DNA from: Octopus vulgaris
Taxonomy: Eukaryota
NCBI GenBank assembly: GCA_951406725.2
Contig: OX597839.1
Location: 17,918,001 to 17,982,000 of the forward strand
Length of the DNA stretch: 64,000 nt
Direction: 5' to 3'
Of this stretch, positions 13,222-27,230 are shown one piece after another. The number at the start of each line of letters is the position of its first letter. The stretch's first letter is position 1. A model generated the notes under the pieces. That model was not told where the DNA came from. It was given only the letters and a program-made list of their open reading frames with translations, and made no database searches. The position numbers and the translations under genes are program-made.

Positions 13222-13392
13222 CAGGGTTGGAGGGGTTAATTGTCATCATTTTATATTTTTAATTTCACACATGCGCATTGTTTGTTTTTGTTGACTACAC
13301 AGTATAGTAGGGTCAGTTGGGCACCATCTGTTAGAAGAACAGCACTATGACACAATTCACTCTGCCAGAAATTTGGAAACGACATGCTGTAC
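13222..13392 (+). mobile_element. 5' end fragment of a Tc1/mariner-superfamily element
   Basis: CAGGG terminus after a (TA)n tract, leading to ORF start MTQFTLPEIWKRHAVL, cut off by a SINE fragment at 13393. Confidence 0.55.
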
Positions 13393-13949
13393 TATAGTAG
13401 AAGACACTTGCCCAAGGTGCCACGCAGTGGGACTGAACCTGGAACCATGTGGTTGGTAAGCGAGCTACTTACCACACAGCCACTCCTATGCTTAACTAAT
13501 ATTTATTTCAATAATAAGACAGCAAGTTGGCAGGATCATTAGCACGTCAGGCAAAATGCTTAGCAGCATTTCGTCTGTCTTTACATTCTGAGTTCTAATT
13601 CCAGCAAGATCAAATTTGCCTTCATCCTTTCAGGATCATTAAAATAAGTGCCAGTTGAACACTGGGGTTGAAGTAATCGATTTGCACCCCACTCCCACCC
13701 CACCCACCTTCCCCAGACTTGCTGGTCTTACGCCAAAATTTGAAACCAAAATTTACTTCATGAACCCTGAAAGGATGAAAGGCAAAGTCAGCCTTGGTGG
13801 GAATGGAACTCTGAACATGAGCAGCATTATGTCCGGTGTGCTAACGGTTCTGCCAGTTCACCATTTTAATAAACAACAGTAATTATGATAATAAGACTAA
13901 GAGAAACAGCAAACAACAGCAACAACAACAACAACACTCACAGAAATAC

Positions 13950-14434
13950 GTAGCCTCTACCTGGGACGTAGCCAGCCCACTTATGCATACCTTTCCTTCT
14001 TGTGACACAAAACCCTACTTGTGAAGACCTGTTGAGGCAAGTGAAAATCAAAATCGATCAACATCAATGTAAAATGGTAGCTGTGATACCAGTGCCGGTG
14101 GCACGTAAGAGAACCATCCGAACGTGGCCGTTGCCAGCGCCGCCCCAACTGGCCTCCGTGCCAGTGGCACGTAAAAAACGCCATCCAATTGTGACTGTTG
14201 ACAGTCCGATCATGGCCGTTTTCCAGCCTCGCCTGGCACCTGTGCAGGTGGCACGTAAAAAGCACCCACTACACTCACGGAGTGGTTGGCGTTAGGAAGG
14301 GCATCCAGCTGTAGAAACACTACCAAATCAGACTGGAGCCTGGCGCAGCCTTCTGGCTTCCCAGACCTCAGTTGAACCGTCCAACCCATGCTAGCATGGA
14401 AAATGGACGTTAAATGATGATGATGATGATGATG
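13950..14434 (+). mobile_element. SINE/retroposon family C with (ATG)n tail
   Basis: Internal repeats of TGGCACGTAAAAAGCACC, GGAAGGGCATCCAGCTGTAGAAAC core, ...GGACGTTAAATGATGATG end; other copies at ~21856-22138(+), 24448-24660(-), 28970-29170(-), 40450-40700(+), 43110-43375(+). Confidence 0.85.
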
Positions 14435-14791
14435 AATAAGAGCATCAATAACAGTGTTATATGGAACATAGAGGTGTAAACAGTAATGATAATGAGAATA
14501 GTTAGAGTAACAGCAACAACAACAGAGGCCACAACAGAGAAGAGACAACAATGTTAACACTGATGACAATAGACACAAGAAGATTGTAACAGTTACAACA
14601 ACAATAGCAGCAACAACAACTAGAACAGCAACAACAACTAGAACAGTGACACAAGATGGTAACAAGATAGTGTTGTTTCTTAGCTTTTATCAAATATTTA
14701 AGAGGATTGCATCATGTCTTTTGGTTTGTAGCAGAAAAAATAAATAAAACATATCTACACACACACACGCACACACGCACACATGCATGCT

Positions 14792-14823
<32 letters not shown>

Positions 14824-15586
14824 GCACGCATGCTCACACATACTTATACACACACACACTTATACAGACTCATACTTTCAGACATGCATGTGCATGCATA
14901 CGCACATACACCAACATAGACAGACACACATACACACACACACATACACACACACACTTGTACATACATCCATGTATGTCCACTCACATGCATATACACT
15001 CACACACATATACTCATACGCATAGACACACACACACACACACATATCATTCACTCACAAATACAAACACATACATGTGTTCTTGCTTTCACACACAAAT
15101 ACATACTCACCTATAAGTACATACTCACACATAGACACACTAAGACACACATTCATACTCACAATTATGCATACACACACACTCACGTAGACACACATAC
15201 ATACACATATACACACTCACACAAACATACGTACTCACTCATACCTACAGAGAGACGGTAATACACTGATACGCACTTACAATCACGCACACTCACACAC
15301 ATGTACACACACATTCTCTTACAAACACAGATTAAAGAAATTTAAAAAAATAAATTTTTAAAAAAATACTTTAAAGAACAGAATTTAAAGAAAAACAAAA
15401 TAAAACACAAGATGGAATAATTAATTCTTGTCTTTTAATCAATTCCTTCAAGGAATTCCATTTCTTTAGAGTTGAATCAAAATTCTCAAATATGTCAGTG
15501 GAATTGTTGTTATTTCTTCACCTACATTAAATATTCACAAGTGTCTTTTCCCCCGCTGGTTCCCCATAGTCTTACTTGTAATATAT

Positions 15587-15638
<52 letters not shown>

Positions 15639-15710
15639 TATATAAATATATATATATGCATATCCATCTATACATATTATATATGTATATATATGTATAT
15701 ATATATATAA

Positions 15711-16020
15711 TCATCATCATCATCATCGTTTAACGTCTGCTTTCCTTGCTAGCATGGGTTGGACAATTTTGACTGAGGGCTGGCGAACCAGATGGCTGCA
15801 CCAGGCTCCAGTCTTGATCTGGCAGAGTTTCTACAGCTGGATGCCCTTCCTAACACCAACCACTCCGAGAGTGTAGTGGGTGCTTTTTACGTGCCACCAG
15901 CACAGGGGCCAGTCAGGCAGTACTGGCAATGACTACGCTCGGATCTTTTTACATGTGCCACTGATGTGACGTTCGTAACGATCAACGCTCGAATGGTGCC
16001 CTTTTACATGCCATGGGTAT
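15711..16020 (-). mobile_element. SINE family C copy
   Basis: Begins with (CAT)nCGTTTAACGTC; reverse complement of the 13950 element's 3' part. Confidence 0.85.
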
Positions 16021-16075
16021 GGAAGCCATATATATATATATATATATATATATACACGCATACTTGCACATATAT

Positions 16076-16113
<38 letters not shown>

Positions 16114-16491
16114 GATGATCATGATGATTTTGCTTAGGTCTAGTGATACCAGTAACCAGTTGTTAGAACTAAATATACATATGCGTTTGGAGTAAAGCGT
16201 TAGGTGAGTACAGAGCATAATATTAACTAATGATTTAAGCATTTAATTAACATGAATATGTATGTGTGTGTGTGTGTGTGTGTGTGTGAGTGTGAGTGTG
16301 TATGTATTTATGGTATAGTATAACAACATCACATCACAAACATCCCACAATTCTAGCAGCTGATACAGACTAATAATGAAATAATATATTTATATTCATT
16401 AAGCAATACAGATACACATATTAGGGGCTATGCTGGGTGTTTTCATCTAACCTATGCAAGCATGAAAAAGTAGTTGTTAAATGATGAAAAT

Positions 16492-16529
<38 letters not shown>

Positions 16530-16530
16530 T

Positions 16531-16561
<31 letters not shown>

Positions 16562-17298
16562 CATACAAAATATTAAAAACTGTCATATTGTCTTCTACAC
16601 TTGTTGTCATTGAGCAACAGTGTTGTTACACATCATATTATGGGTTTTTAAGACAATTTAGTTCCAGAAATTGAGATATCTCTTATACATGATCGCATAT
16701 TATAAATATCATGTTATCAATGAACATTTAAAGTAAATTAATCTGAAATAATAAGCTGGAAACAATATCAGATGAAGATAATCTCTTTGGCAGATTCTCA
16801 GAATTTTGCTGACAAAGTATTCTCTATTTACAAAGACATTAAGAACTGACCGTTTCTGAAAATGGAAACAACAGAACAACTTGTCTTCCATCTTTTATAA
16901 TTTTATCTTTTACTTGTTTCAGTCGTTGGACTGGGGTCATGCTGGGAGGGTTTTAGTCAAACAAATTCAACCCTAATGCTTATTTTTTTTAAAGTCTGGT
17001 TCTCATTCTATCAGTCTCTTTTGCCAGACCACTAAATAATGGGAATGTAATCAAACTAACACTGGCTGTCAAGCAATGGTGAATGACTGACACAAAGACT
17101 CATGCACACACATCCACTCACAATGGCTTCTTTCAGTTTCCGTCTTCTAAATCCACTCACAAGTCTTTGATCAGCCAAGGGTTATGGTAGAAGACATTTA
17201 CCCACGGTGCTGCACAATGACACTGAACCCAAATCATGTGATTTGAAATCAAACTTCTTGCTACACATCCATGCCTGCAACTCCATCATATAGAAAAT

Positions 17299-17715
17299 TG
17301 ATCTTTTCGGTTTGAACGGCAGTTTTTAACATAATTTCTAGGTAACTTAAAACCTTTAAACTTCGTATACTGGTAGAATCTGTTTATAGAACATCTTTTT
17401 CTCATGGCTTTATTGAGAAAATTCTATAGTTTGTAAGATATTTGTTGTTTTTTCCTTCAATTTCTGCAATTTCAACCAATCACTGACGTCCATTGAGGTA
17501 AACAACATTCTGTGCCGTATGAATATGTCCCTCATTTAAGAAACAGATTGGGTTTATTTACATTTGTGAAGAAAAAAAATATACCCTTCCCCCCACCCCT
17601 AACCCTAACCCTAAAACTGATTGAAATGCAATAGATCGATACTAGGGTCATAATTATGGGTGACAATTTCATATGACACCGCTAGAAAAAACTGCCGTTC
17701 AAACCGAAAAGATCC
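17299..17715. mobile_element. MITE with ~29-bp TIRs and 8-bp TSD (Merlin-like by GG terminus; superfamily tentative)
   Basis: TIRs (G/T)GATCTTTTCGGTTTGAACGGCAGTTTTT ... AAAAACTGCCGTTCAAACCGAAAAGATCC; direct repeat TAGAAAAT at 17291-17298 and 17716-17723. Confidence 0.88.
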
Positions 17716-18070
17716 TAGAAAATATATGATTGAGATTAAATATTGGTTTCAAATTTTGGCACAAGACAGTAATTTCAAGGGAGAGAGTAAGTCAATTACA
17801 TTGATCCCCAATGTTCAGCTGGTACTTCTTTTATGAACCATGAAAGAATGAAAGGCAAAGTCAACCTCGGCAGAATTTGAACTCAGAACGTAAAGTCAAC
17901 TGAAATGCTGCTGAACATTTGCCTGGCATGCTAACGGTTCTGCCAGCTTAATACCTTTAATTATACATAATGTTAGCGTGTTGATATGACACTGACTAGG
18001 AAGGCAAAGTCGACATCTGTAAAATTTGAGCTCAGAACGTGCATTAATAATAATTATAATAATAATTATA

Positions 18071-18114
<44 letters not shown>

Positions 18115-18496
18115 CATTATTATTATTATTATTATCATCCTTTCTACTATAGACATAAGATGTGAAATTGGGCGTAGGAGTTGATAGACAATTACATCAA
18201 TCCCAGTGCTCAATCAATATTTATTTCATCAACCCTAAAGAACAAAAGGCAAAGTCAACCTCAGCAGAATTTTAACACAAAACTTAGAGACAGACAAAAT
18301 GCTGCTAAACATTTTGTCCAGCTTGCTAACAATCCTGCTACCTTGTGCACTTTGGAGTCACTAAAATAATCGTGCCAATATACTTGACATATATATCCTT
18401 TCCCCAATGGTAAGGTTTTGTGTTTATGCAATAAATCTATATAATAATGTGTATGAATATATAAATGAAAATCTATTGATGACTGCTTAAATGTGA

Positions 18497-18546
<50 letters not shown>

Positions 18547-18680
18547 TTGTATACTGAAACTCAGAGTAGGGATCTATGATGTTCCTAGATCATAAGTAGG
18601 ACAAAACTGTAAAATGCATTGAGTATCATTTGTCATTGTTGTTCACACATCATGCTTTGTTTTTGTGCCTCTTTGAGCTC

Positions 18681-18842
18681 ACACATGTACACATACATAT
18701 ACATATGCACACACATGTACACATACATATACATATGCACACACATGTACACATACATATACATATGCACACACATGTACACATACATATACATATGCAC
18801 ACACAAGTACACATACATATACATATGCACACACAAGTACAT
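18681..18842 (+). repeat. 30-bp minisatellite x5
   Basis: ACACA(T/A)GTACACATACATATACATATGCAC tandem. Confidence 0.9.
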
Positions 18843-19096
18843 ACATGCATGCACACCCCTATGCACAAATGTACGTATGCATGCACACTCCCACACACAC
18901 ATAAATAGAAACATAGATACTTAGACAGATCACACACATATACATAGAGATAGATAGATAGATAGATACATACATACATACATACATACATACATACATA
19001 CATACATACATACATACATACTTGTATGCATAGAGATACAGACAAACAGATAGATAGAATAGATAGATAAATAGATAGATAGATAGAATAGAATAG

Positions 19097-19129
<33 letters not shown>

Positions 19130-19320
19130 GGATGGACAGATGGAAAGACATTGAGAGACAGATAGATATGACCCTATATCTTGACAAGAATTATGAGATA
19201 TATAACGATAGTGCAAAGTCAAAGATGGTCTCTAAGTATATTTTTTGAAATCATGAAAGAAATGCCATCCACTTGAAAACTAAAACCAAGTCAAAGGCTC
19301 AACTTACATTGGAAGCTTAC

Positions 19321-19484
19321 CTTCACAATCAAAGCGACTGTTTAATTACTTAGGGTTAGATTCTGAGTTCAAATGCTGCTAGATATTAAGCAGATCAGTA
19401 AAAGAATGAAGTTCAATAGAAGAATGAAATAAATCTGAAACTAAAGACATGTCAGGAAAGTCCTAGTGACCCACTAAACTATAA
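19321..19484 (-). other. Putative non-coding (UTR/lncRNA) exon
   Basis: Branch-like TACTGAC, T-rich tract and TTATTTCAG acceptor; two strong donors 13 nt apart (GAAG|GTAAGC and CAAT|GTAAGT); no convincing reading frame. Confidence 0.35.
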
Positions 19485-19645
19485 CTGAAATAACAGACAC
19501 AAAAACTAACGGTGTCAGTAGTAGAAAAAAAAGAAAATAATAATAACATATTGTTACTTCTCTCATACACTGTATCTGTATACATGTGTGTGTATGTACA
19601 TATGTATGTGTTTGTCTGTCTGACTGTGTCTATCTATCTTTCTAC

Positions 19646-19679
<34 letters not shown>

Positions 19680-19692
19680 GTCTCTCTACCTG

Positions 19693-19735
<43 letters not shown>

Positions 19736-19748
19736 GTCTCTCTGTCTC

Positions 19749-19779
<31 letters not shown>

Positions 19780-19828
19780 GTCTGTCTCTCTATCTGTCTA
19801 TCTATCTATCTATCTATCTGTCTCTCTC

Positions 19829-19866
<38 letters not shown>

Positions 19867-20564
19867 AATCTGTTTATGCATGCATGCATGTATGTATCTA
19901 TTTATATGTATATATGTGTCTGTCTATATGTCTATGTTTTTATCTTCCTATCTGTCTACCTGGAATTGTCCCCTCTGTGTTCAGCTTTGCGTGTCTAAAT
20001 ATATTAAAATCTATCTACCAGTCTGTCTATGTCTGTATCTATCTATCTAGCTACCTATCGTTTTCTCTCTCTCTCTCTCTCCCTATATATCTATCTATCT
20101 CCCATTTGTTTTGTTAAATTGAAACAATGACACCTGACAGCCAAGAAAGTCACTTGTCAAAAGTCGAACCAAATCAGTAAAACGAAAATTCTTCCCTGAC
20201 CTTTTATATACAATTTTAATTATGTGAAAGAGGCAGGTTGGAAGAATTTTTCAACTGATGTTACCGAATATAATTTTTTTTTTTTTTACAGCTCAATGAA
20301 TTTTCCAACCTAATCTAAAGTATACTGATTCTTTCAAAAAGAAAAAAAAAGAGAATATTACAAAAAATTTACAGCTGAATATTCAAGATACAAAAGACTT
20401 TTGTATGATTTAATGAAGTTTATTATTGTTATTTTATTATTTATTGATATCTTTTTTTCTATTAGTCATGATTTGAGAAATATATCTCAAAAGTTTCCTT
20501 TCTTACACTTAAGAATTAGACTTGTCTTAGGAAATATACATGGAAGTGTTCGTGGTTTAACAAA

Positions 20565-21010
20565 GAATGTTCAAGGTTAAAAAATTATTCACAGTTAACA
20601 AAGATATTCAAGGTTAACAGAACACTCAAAGTTACAACAGTTCAAAGATAAAACATTCAAAATGAACAAACATATGTTAACACAAATGTTCACTGTTAAC
20701 AAAAATGTTCAGTTAACAAAAATATTCATGATTAACAAACTGTTCAAAGTAAACAAAACTGTTCAAAAATAATAAAACATTCAAAATGAACAAAAATGTG
20801 TTAACAAAAATGTTCACAGTCAACAAAAATATTCATGATTAACAAACTGTTCAAAGTAAACAAAACTTTTCAAAAATAATAAAACATCAAAATGAACAAA
20901 AATGTGTTGAAATAACAAAAATGTTGGAAATTAAAGAAATGTTCAAAATTTACAGAATTAGTTCACAAAAATGTTTGAAATTTACAAAACATTCAAAGTA
21001 AACAAATAAA
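20565..21010 (+). repeat. Degenerate ~19-20-bp minisatellite (AACAAAAATGTTCAAAGTT-like) with a higher-order ~120-bp duplication
   Basis: Recurrent AACAAAAATGTTCA; the block at ~20715-20810 is repeated at ~20821-20910. Confidence 0.8.
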
Positions 21011-21449
21011 GTGTATATTTTTAAAAAATTTAATTTGATCTTGAGCCCTAAAACTCATAAGGCCAATTACCCAGTTTTCGTGGCCTCCTAAAACTCATAA
21101 GACCAATTACCCAGTTTTCGTGGTCCCAGAGTGACCAAGATCACAATATTCTTCCAGAAAAGGACATCAATCCATTACAGGGCTCAAAGCCAACAATTCT
21201 GAGGGGAGGGGACAAGTCAATTACATCAACCTCCATATTTAATGGGTATTTTATCAATCTTGAAGGGATGAAAGGCAAAATTGACGTTGTGAGTTCAAAT
21301 TCCGCCGGGGTCGACTTTGCCTTTCATCCTTTCGGGGTCGATAAATTAAGTACCAGTTATGCACTGGGGTCGATGTAATCGACTTAATACCTATGTCTAT
21401 CCTTGTTTGTCCCCTCTATGTTTAGCCCCTTGTGGGTAATAAAGAAATT

Positions 21450-22568
21450 GATATTTCATCTGTTTTTACATTCTGAGTTCAAATTCCACTGAAATTTGAT
21501 TTTGCCTTTCATCCTTTGGTATCAATGAAATAGGTACCAGTCAAGTGCTGGGGTCTGTGGTCATTGAGGAACCCATCACCCAAAAATTTCAGGCCTCATA
21601 CCTATAGTAGAAGGGATTATTATTATTATAATATAATCATAACTGCACTGAACAAAATACTAAGCTGCATTTCTTCTAGTTTTACATTCTGAGTTTAATT
21701 CTTGCCAAGGTAGACTTTGCCTTTCATCCTATCAGGGTCAATAAAACAAATAGCAAGTTGAACACTGGGCTCAATGTAATCAACTAGCCCCTCTCCCAGA
21801 ATTTCAGGCCTTATTCCTGTAGTAGAAAGAATTATTATCATCAGCAGCAGCAGCACTATCCGATCGTTGCCAGCCTTGCCTGGCCTCCGTGCCAGTGGTA
21901 CGTAAAAAGCACCATCCGATCGTGGCTGTTTGCCAGCCTCGTCTGGCACGTAAAAAGCACTACTTCACTCATGGAGTGGTTGGTGTTAGGAAGGGCATCC
22001 AGCCGTAGAAACATTGCCAGATCAGACTGGGCCTGGTGCATCCTCCTGGGTTCCCAGACCCCAGTTGAACCATCCAACCCATACTAGCATGGAAGGCGGA
22101 TGCTAAACAATGATGATGATCATCATCATCATCATCATAAACAACAAGGGAGTGAGCTGGCAGAATCATTGCTGCATCTGTCATTGTGTTCTGGGTTCGC
22201 CAAAGTTGACATTGCCTTTACTCTTGGGGTTGATAAAATAGGTACCAGTTGAGCACTGGGTTTGATGTAATCAATTTAGGCCCACCCTCAAAATTGCTGG
22301 CCTTGTGCCAAAATTTGAAATCATTACTATTATTATCATAAAGACGGTGAGCTGGCAGAATCATTAGTATGCCAAGCAAATACTTAGCAGCATTTTGTCT
22401 GTCTCTGTGTTCTGAGTTCAAATGCTGCCGAGGTTGACTATACCTTTCATCCTTTTGGAGTCAATAAAGTAAGTACCACATGAACACTGGGGTCGGTATA
22501 ATTGATTTATACCCTCCTCAAAATTACTGGCCTTGTGCTAAAATTTGAAACCATTATTATCATTATTA

Positions 22569-22608
<40 letters not shown>

Positions 22609-22889
22609 CATCATCATCATTATCATTATTATCATTATTATTATCATTATTATTATTATTATTATTAAGGTGATGAGCTGGTAGAATCATTATCATGCCA
22701 GGTAAAATGTTTAGTGGCATTTCATCCACTTCACGTTCCGAATTCAAATTCCACTGAGGTCAACTTTGCCTTTCATCCTTTTGGAGGTCAATAAAATAAG
22801 TACTAGTTGAACACTGGGGTCGATATCATCGATTTACACCCTCCCAGAAATTACTGACCTTGTGCCAAAATTTGAAATCATCATCATCA

Positions 22890-22940
<51 letters not shown>

Positions 22941-23103
22941 CTCATGTTCTCAGTTCAAACGAGGTTGACTTTGCCTTTCATCCTTTTGGGAGTCAATAAA
23001 ATAAGTACCAGTCACGCACTGAGGCCAATGTAACCGACTAGATCCCTTCCCCAAAATTTCAGGCTTTGTACCTATAGTAGAAAGGATTATTATTATTATT
23101 ATT

Positions 23104-23141
<38 letters not shown>

Positions 23142-23172
23142 TATTATTATTATTATTATCATTATTATTATT

Positions 23173-23264
<92 letters not shown>

Positions 23265-23332
23265 CATTATTATTATTATTATCATCATCATCATTATTAT
23301 TATTATTATTATCATTATTATTATTATTATTA

Positions 23333-23366
<34 letters not shown>

Positions 23367-23620
23367 CATTATTATTATTATTATCATTATTATCAATCAA
23401 TAAAATGTGGCAAGCTGGCAGAATTGTTAGCACACCAGGCTAAATGCTTAGAACCATTTCATCCACCTTAATATTCTGTATTCAAATTCTGTTGAGGTCA
23501 GTTTTGTCTTTTATCCTTTTGGGGTCAATTACATAAATACCGGTTGAGGACTGGAGTTGATGTAATCAACTTAACCCCTCCCTCGAATTTACTGGTCTTG
23601 TGCCAAAATTTCAAACTATT
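21450..23620 (+). repeat. Head-to-tail array of ~7 family B SINEs with (ATT/ATC)n spacers, interrupted by a family C SINE
   Basis: Repeated GAGCTGGCAGAAT...TTCAAAT...GCCTTTCATCCTTT...GGCCTTGTGCC units in the same orientation. Confidence 0.85.
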
Positions 23621-25322
23621 ATTACCAATCAATAAATATAATTTAGTTTGTCACAGCAAATATTCAAATGTCACACTTTTAAACAAGCTTAACTACAAAA
23701 TGAAATCAAAGTGATAACCAGGATGTTTAGCATAACAAAACATGTTTGAGTGTTATATACTTCATACATTAGCTGTGAAATGAGTGTGTGTAGTATGTGA
23801 TAGTCGTTGTGTAGTGTGTGTGTGTTGTGTATCTTGGTGATTGTGTAGAATATGTTACGTGTGTGTTTTGGCAATTGCGTTGAGTGTATATGTGTGTTGG
23901 TGATTCTGTAGTGTATGTGTTGTGTATGAATTGTGTGGTGAGTGTAGTGAATTGTGCTATTGATTTAAATCTGTTAAGCATAGGACGGTCACTGTCGGAA
24001 GGCTTTTGATCATTAGGACTGCTGAATGAGAATTGTCTCGGGGTTAAACAACAACAACAACATGATGATTAAAGGACCCTTTACATAGTCACTTGACCCA
24101 CTAAAACAAAACAAAAAAAAATCCAACTCAATTTCTCTTAAACGCAGGTTCCTCTTAGCAGCATTATAGGCCCTCAGCCAAATCAGTGCTCCGGGCCCTA
24201 TCTTCTTTTTTACTTATTTCAATCATTGGACTATAAGAATCTTTGGACACCACCTTGAAGGGCTTTTAGTCAAACTAATCAACCACAGTACTTGTTCTTT
24301 AAAGTCTGGTATTGATACTATCAGCCTCTTTTGCTGAACCACTAAGTCACAGGGATGTAAATCAACACTGGTTGTGAAGCAGTAACAGGGAAGGCAAAAC
24401 ACAGCCACAAAGACACACGCGCGCGCGTGTGTGTGTGTGTGTGTATACCATCATCATCATTTAATGTCCATTTTCCATGTTGGCATGCATTAGAAGGTTT
24501 GACAAGAGCTGACCAGCTGAGGGTCTGTTCAGGTTCCATAGTCTCTTTTGACATAGTTTCTATGACTGGATGCCCTTCCTAATGCCAACCACCTCACAGA
24601 ATGTACTGAGTGGTTTTACACAGCACCAGCATGGATGTTTTTCACATGGCACCATCACCTATGAGCCCACAAGATTAGGGATGCTGAGCTGGAGAGGGTT
24701 TCAGGGAATGAGCCTGTATGCAAAGACAACCATGCTTTTATGTGCATACATACAAACGCACATGATGGGCTATAGGCTTCCACACAGTTTCTGTCAACCA
24801 AATTCCTTCATGAGGCGTTGGTTGGCTAGGGGCTATTGCTCAATGTACTATGCAGTGGGACTGAACCTGAAGCCACATGGTTGGGAAGCAAACTCCTTAA
24901 CCACACTGCTATGTCTGCACCTATAGAATTTATTTATGGACAGTAAGCCACAGCATACATAGGTCAGAATTGTGCCCCAAGATCTATGAGGCCCCTGGGT
25001 GACTGCTCAGTGTACCTATGTCTTAAGACATTACAATTTGGACCACAATAACTTCTTAAAATAGGGAGGACATGATTTGGAATTATAGTCCTAGATGTAT
25101 TGTATGAATATATGATGAGATGGTCATATCTGGAATGCTTTAATCATTGATTTATTTAATCTGGGTTGACCTGGGGGTTAAGCAATAACAGTAAAGGACC
25201 AGCATTTCAGGATTAGAAACAAAGAATCTTTTAGTAGAAACATCAAACATTGGAATGGTTCTAAAGAAAAAAATAAAGAAGAATTGCCTACCTACCTACC
25301 TCACTCTCTCATTCTCTCTTTC

Positions 25323-25370
<48 letters not shown>

Positions 25371-25532
25371 ACGCACACAAACACATTCACCCTCTGGCAC
25401 ATTTTCTCTTGCTTTTCACTCTCTCTCTCTTCCTTCCTTTCTCTTACTCACTAACTTTCTCTCTCTTTCTCTCACCTCATATAAACACACACACACTGAC
25501 ACACTTTCTCTTACCTTTCATTCTCTCCCTCT

Positions 25533-25582
<50 letters not shown>

Positions 25583-26095
25583 CTCTCCTTCATTCTCGAA
25601 ATCTGTCTCTCAGTCAAAAGACAGACCAGACATTTGTTGTTGACTTGTAGCTTAACAGTGTTTTTTTTTTCCACCTCTTTTTTTCTTTTTTTCTACTTGT
25701 CCACATTTCTTAGAAGTCAAGGTTCCAAATCTCCCCCTCTCCCAACACCACCACCACCACACCGTTAACATCAACATCATCACCACCTCAACTTTCTCTT
25801 TCATTCCTTGCCCTCTGTGCTAACCACACACACACACACCCCATCCTTCTAGTCCCAATCCTCTCCTCTCTCTCCTCTTACTGAATTATGCTCTCCTTTT
25901 GATCAATGGAAAATATTTTGAAAAACTTACCATTGTATTCATTGCTCTTTGAAGTCTGTAGGAATTAACAAAACTCGTTGATTGCAGAGAGCTGCACAGA
26001 GAGCAAGACCTTTAGATCTACACATATTATTTATTCAGTTTTACTTTCAGTTTCACAACATTTTCTAATCATGTGCTATCATTTAGCTCTATTGA

Positions 26096-26152
<57 letters not shown>

Positions 26153-26409
26153 ACTGCTGCTGCTACACTTTTATATCTTCTGATTCCAATGATTCTCCTT
26201 CCTCTTCCCATATTTGTTGTTGTTATTCCGTATGAAATTATCCAGTTGTAGTATTTGTTATTGTTGGTGGTGGGAGTGAGGTGGGAAGGAGGAAAAAAAA
26301 TCAACCACAAAGAAAAAAGAAGACTCGTCTTAGAGGAAAGGAAGATGAGGAGGTAGAAGAAGAAGAAGAAGAAAATAGACTGGGTCGGAGACATCTATGT
26401 GCGGGGTAG

Positions 26410-27128
26410 AGAGCAAGCTGAGGGATATCTAAGAATGAACGAATGAATGAAAAAGATGGACAGCTGGATGAACAAACAGACAAATGGACAGAGGAATGGA
26501 TGGAAGGAAGGATGGAAGGAAGGATGGACGGACGGACGGACATACAAATGAATGGATGGATAGATGGACAGATGAATGGATGGACAGTTGAATGGATGGA
26601 TGGACACAAAGATAGACAGACTGACGGAAGGAAACATGGATAGACGGACAAATGGATGCATAGATGGATTGATAGATTAATGGATGGAGAGACAGATGAA
26701 TGGAAGGACAGACGGATAGATGTGCTGATGGACAGATTGATGACTTGGTGTATGGACAGAGGAATGGATGGAAGGACAGATGGACGGATAAATGAATGGA
26801 CGAATGAAAGGATGGCTGTATGGATGGATGGACAGATAGGACAGAAGGATAAACAGGTGGATGGACAGATGAAGTGAGACACAGATGAATGCATGGATAG
26901 ACCAACAGACAACAGATGAACAAGTGGATGCATAGACAGTTGGACATAGGAATGGATGGATAGACAGACAAATGGAGATAGAGAAATAGACAGATGGCTA
27001 GATAGAAAGATTGAAAGACTAGTCAAAAAGAATGACAGAAAGAATGAATGGAAAATGAACAGGATAGAGATAGATATAGATAGATAGATAGATAGATGAA
27101 AGGGATATAGATAGATAGATAGATAGAT

Positions 27129-27166
<38 letters not shown>

Positions 27167-27230
27167 ATAGATAGATAGATAGATAGATAGATGAAAGGGA
27201 TAGAGATAGATAGATAGATACAAGGGTAAA
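26410..27230 (+). repeat. Degenerate purine-rich (GGAT/GGAC/GATA)n satellite
   Basis: Tetranucleotide periodicity throughout; source of the spurious 337-aa ORF. Confidence 0.9.

Noticed and set aside
18681-18842. CRISPR-like periodicity (also 1141-1320 and 9694-9960)
   Set aside because: Pure tandem units or microsatellite spacers, no unique spacers, no cas genes, eukaryotic context
22950-23433. Poly-I and poly-N ORFs
   Set aside because: (ATT/ATC)n SINE tails
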